From positions 14,149,335 through 14,200,285 of the forward strand of contig NC_069005.1 in assembly GCF_001194135.2 (NCBI RefSeq): a stretch of 50,951 nt of DNA. Reading direction: 5' to 3'. The notes under the pieces are model-generated. The model had not been told where the DNA came from. It did not search any database and saw only the letters and a list, made by a program, of their open reading frames with translations. The position numbers and the translations under genes were made by a program. Below, in pieces: positions 50,855 through 50,951 of the stretch. Origin of the DNA: Octopus bimaculoides. Taxonomy: Eukaryota. Every line of letters begins with the position of its first letter. Within the stretch, counting starts at the first letter, position 1.

Positions 50855-50886
50855 TGTATATGTGTGTATATATGTATATAGATATA

Positions 50887-50951
<65 letters not shown>
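50855..50951. repeat. (TG)n(TA)n microsatellite
   Basis: Seen directly. Confidence 0.95.

Overview
AT-rich, microsatellite-rich eukaryotic intronic/intergenic DNA. The SINE families look like those of octopods (Octopus; inferred from recall of OK/OR-type SINEs, not from a search). No host protein-coding gene can be confidently called: the ORFs in the supplied track are mostly microsatellite or SINE read-throughs, or transposon fossils. The window holds dozens of tRNA-derived SINEs in both orientations, TTAA-flanked MITEs, two RTE-clade LINE fragments and a Tigger/pogo transposase fossil. It also holds Helitron remains: a ~3 kb RepHel fossil, a head-to-tail dimer carrying the helicase C-terminus, and a further 3' end. 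A pol-less Ty3/Gypsy element retains both LTRs, PBS, gag and PPT. Nested inside it is a Penelope-like pseudo-LTR cluster carrying a minimal type I hammerhead ribozyme (minus strand, 38764-38806) whose helix II appears broken by two CpG>CpA changes. That ribozyme is the most interesting signal; it belongs to a known class, and I found no evidence for a wholly new system. A few weak candidate exons are listed at low confidence. There are two assembly gaps (39300-39309 and 49976-50075). Repeat coordinates are by eye (about +/-20 bp).
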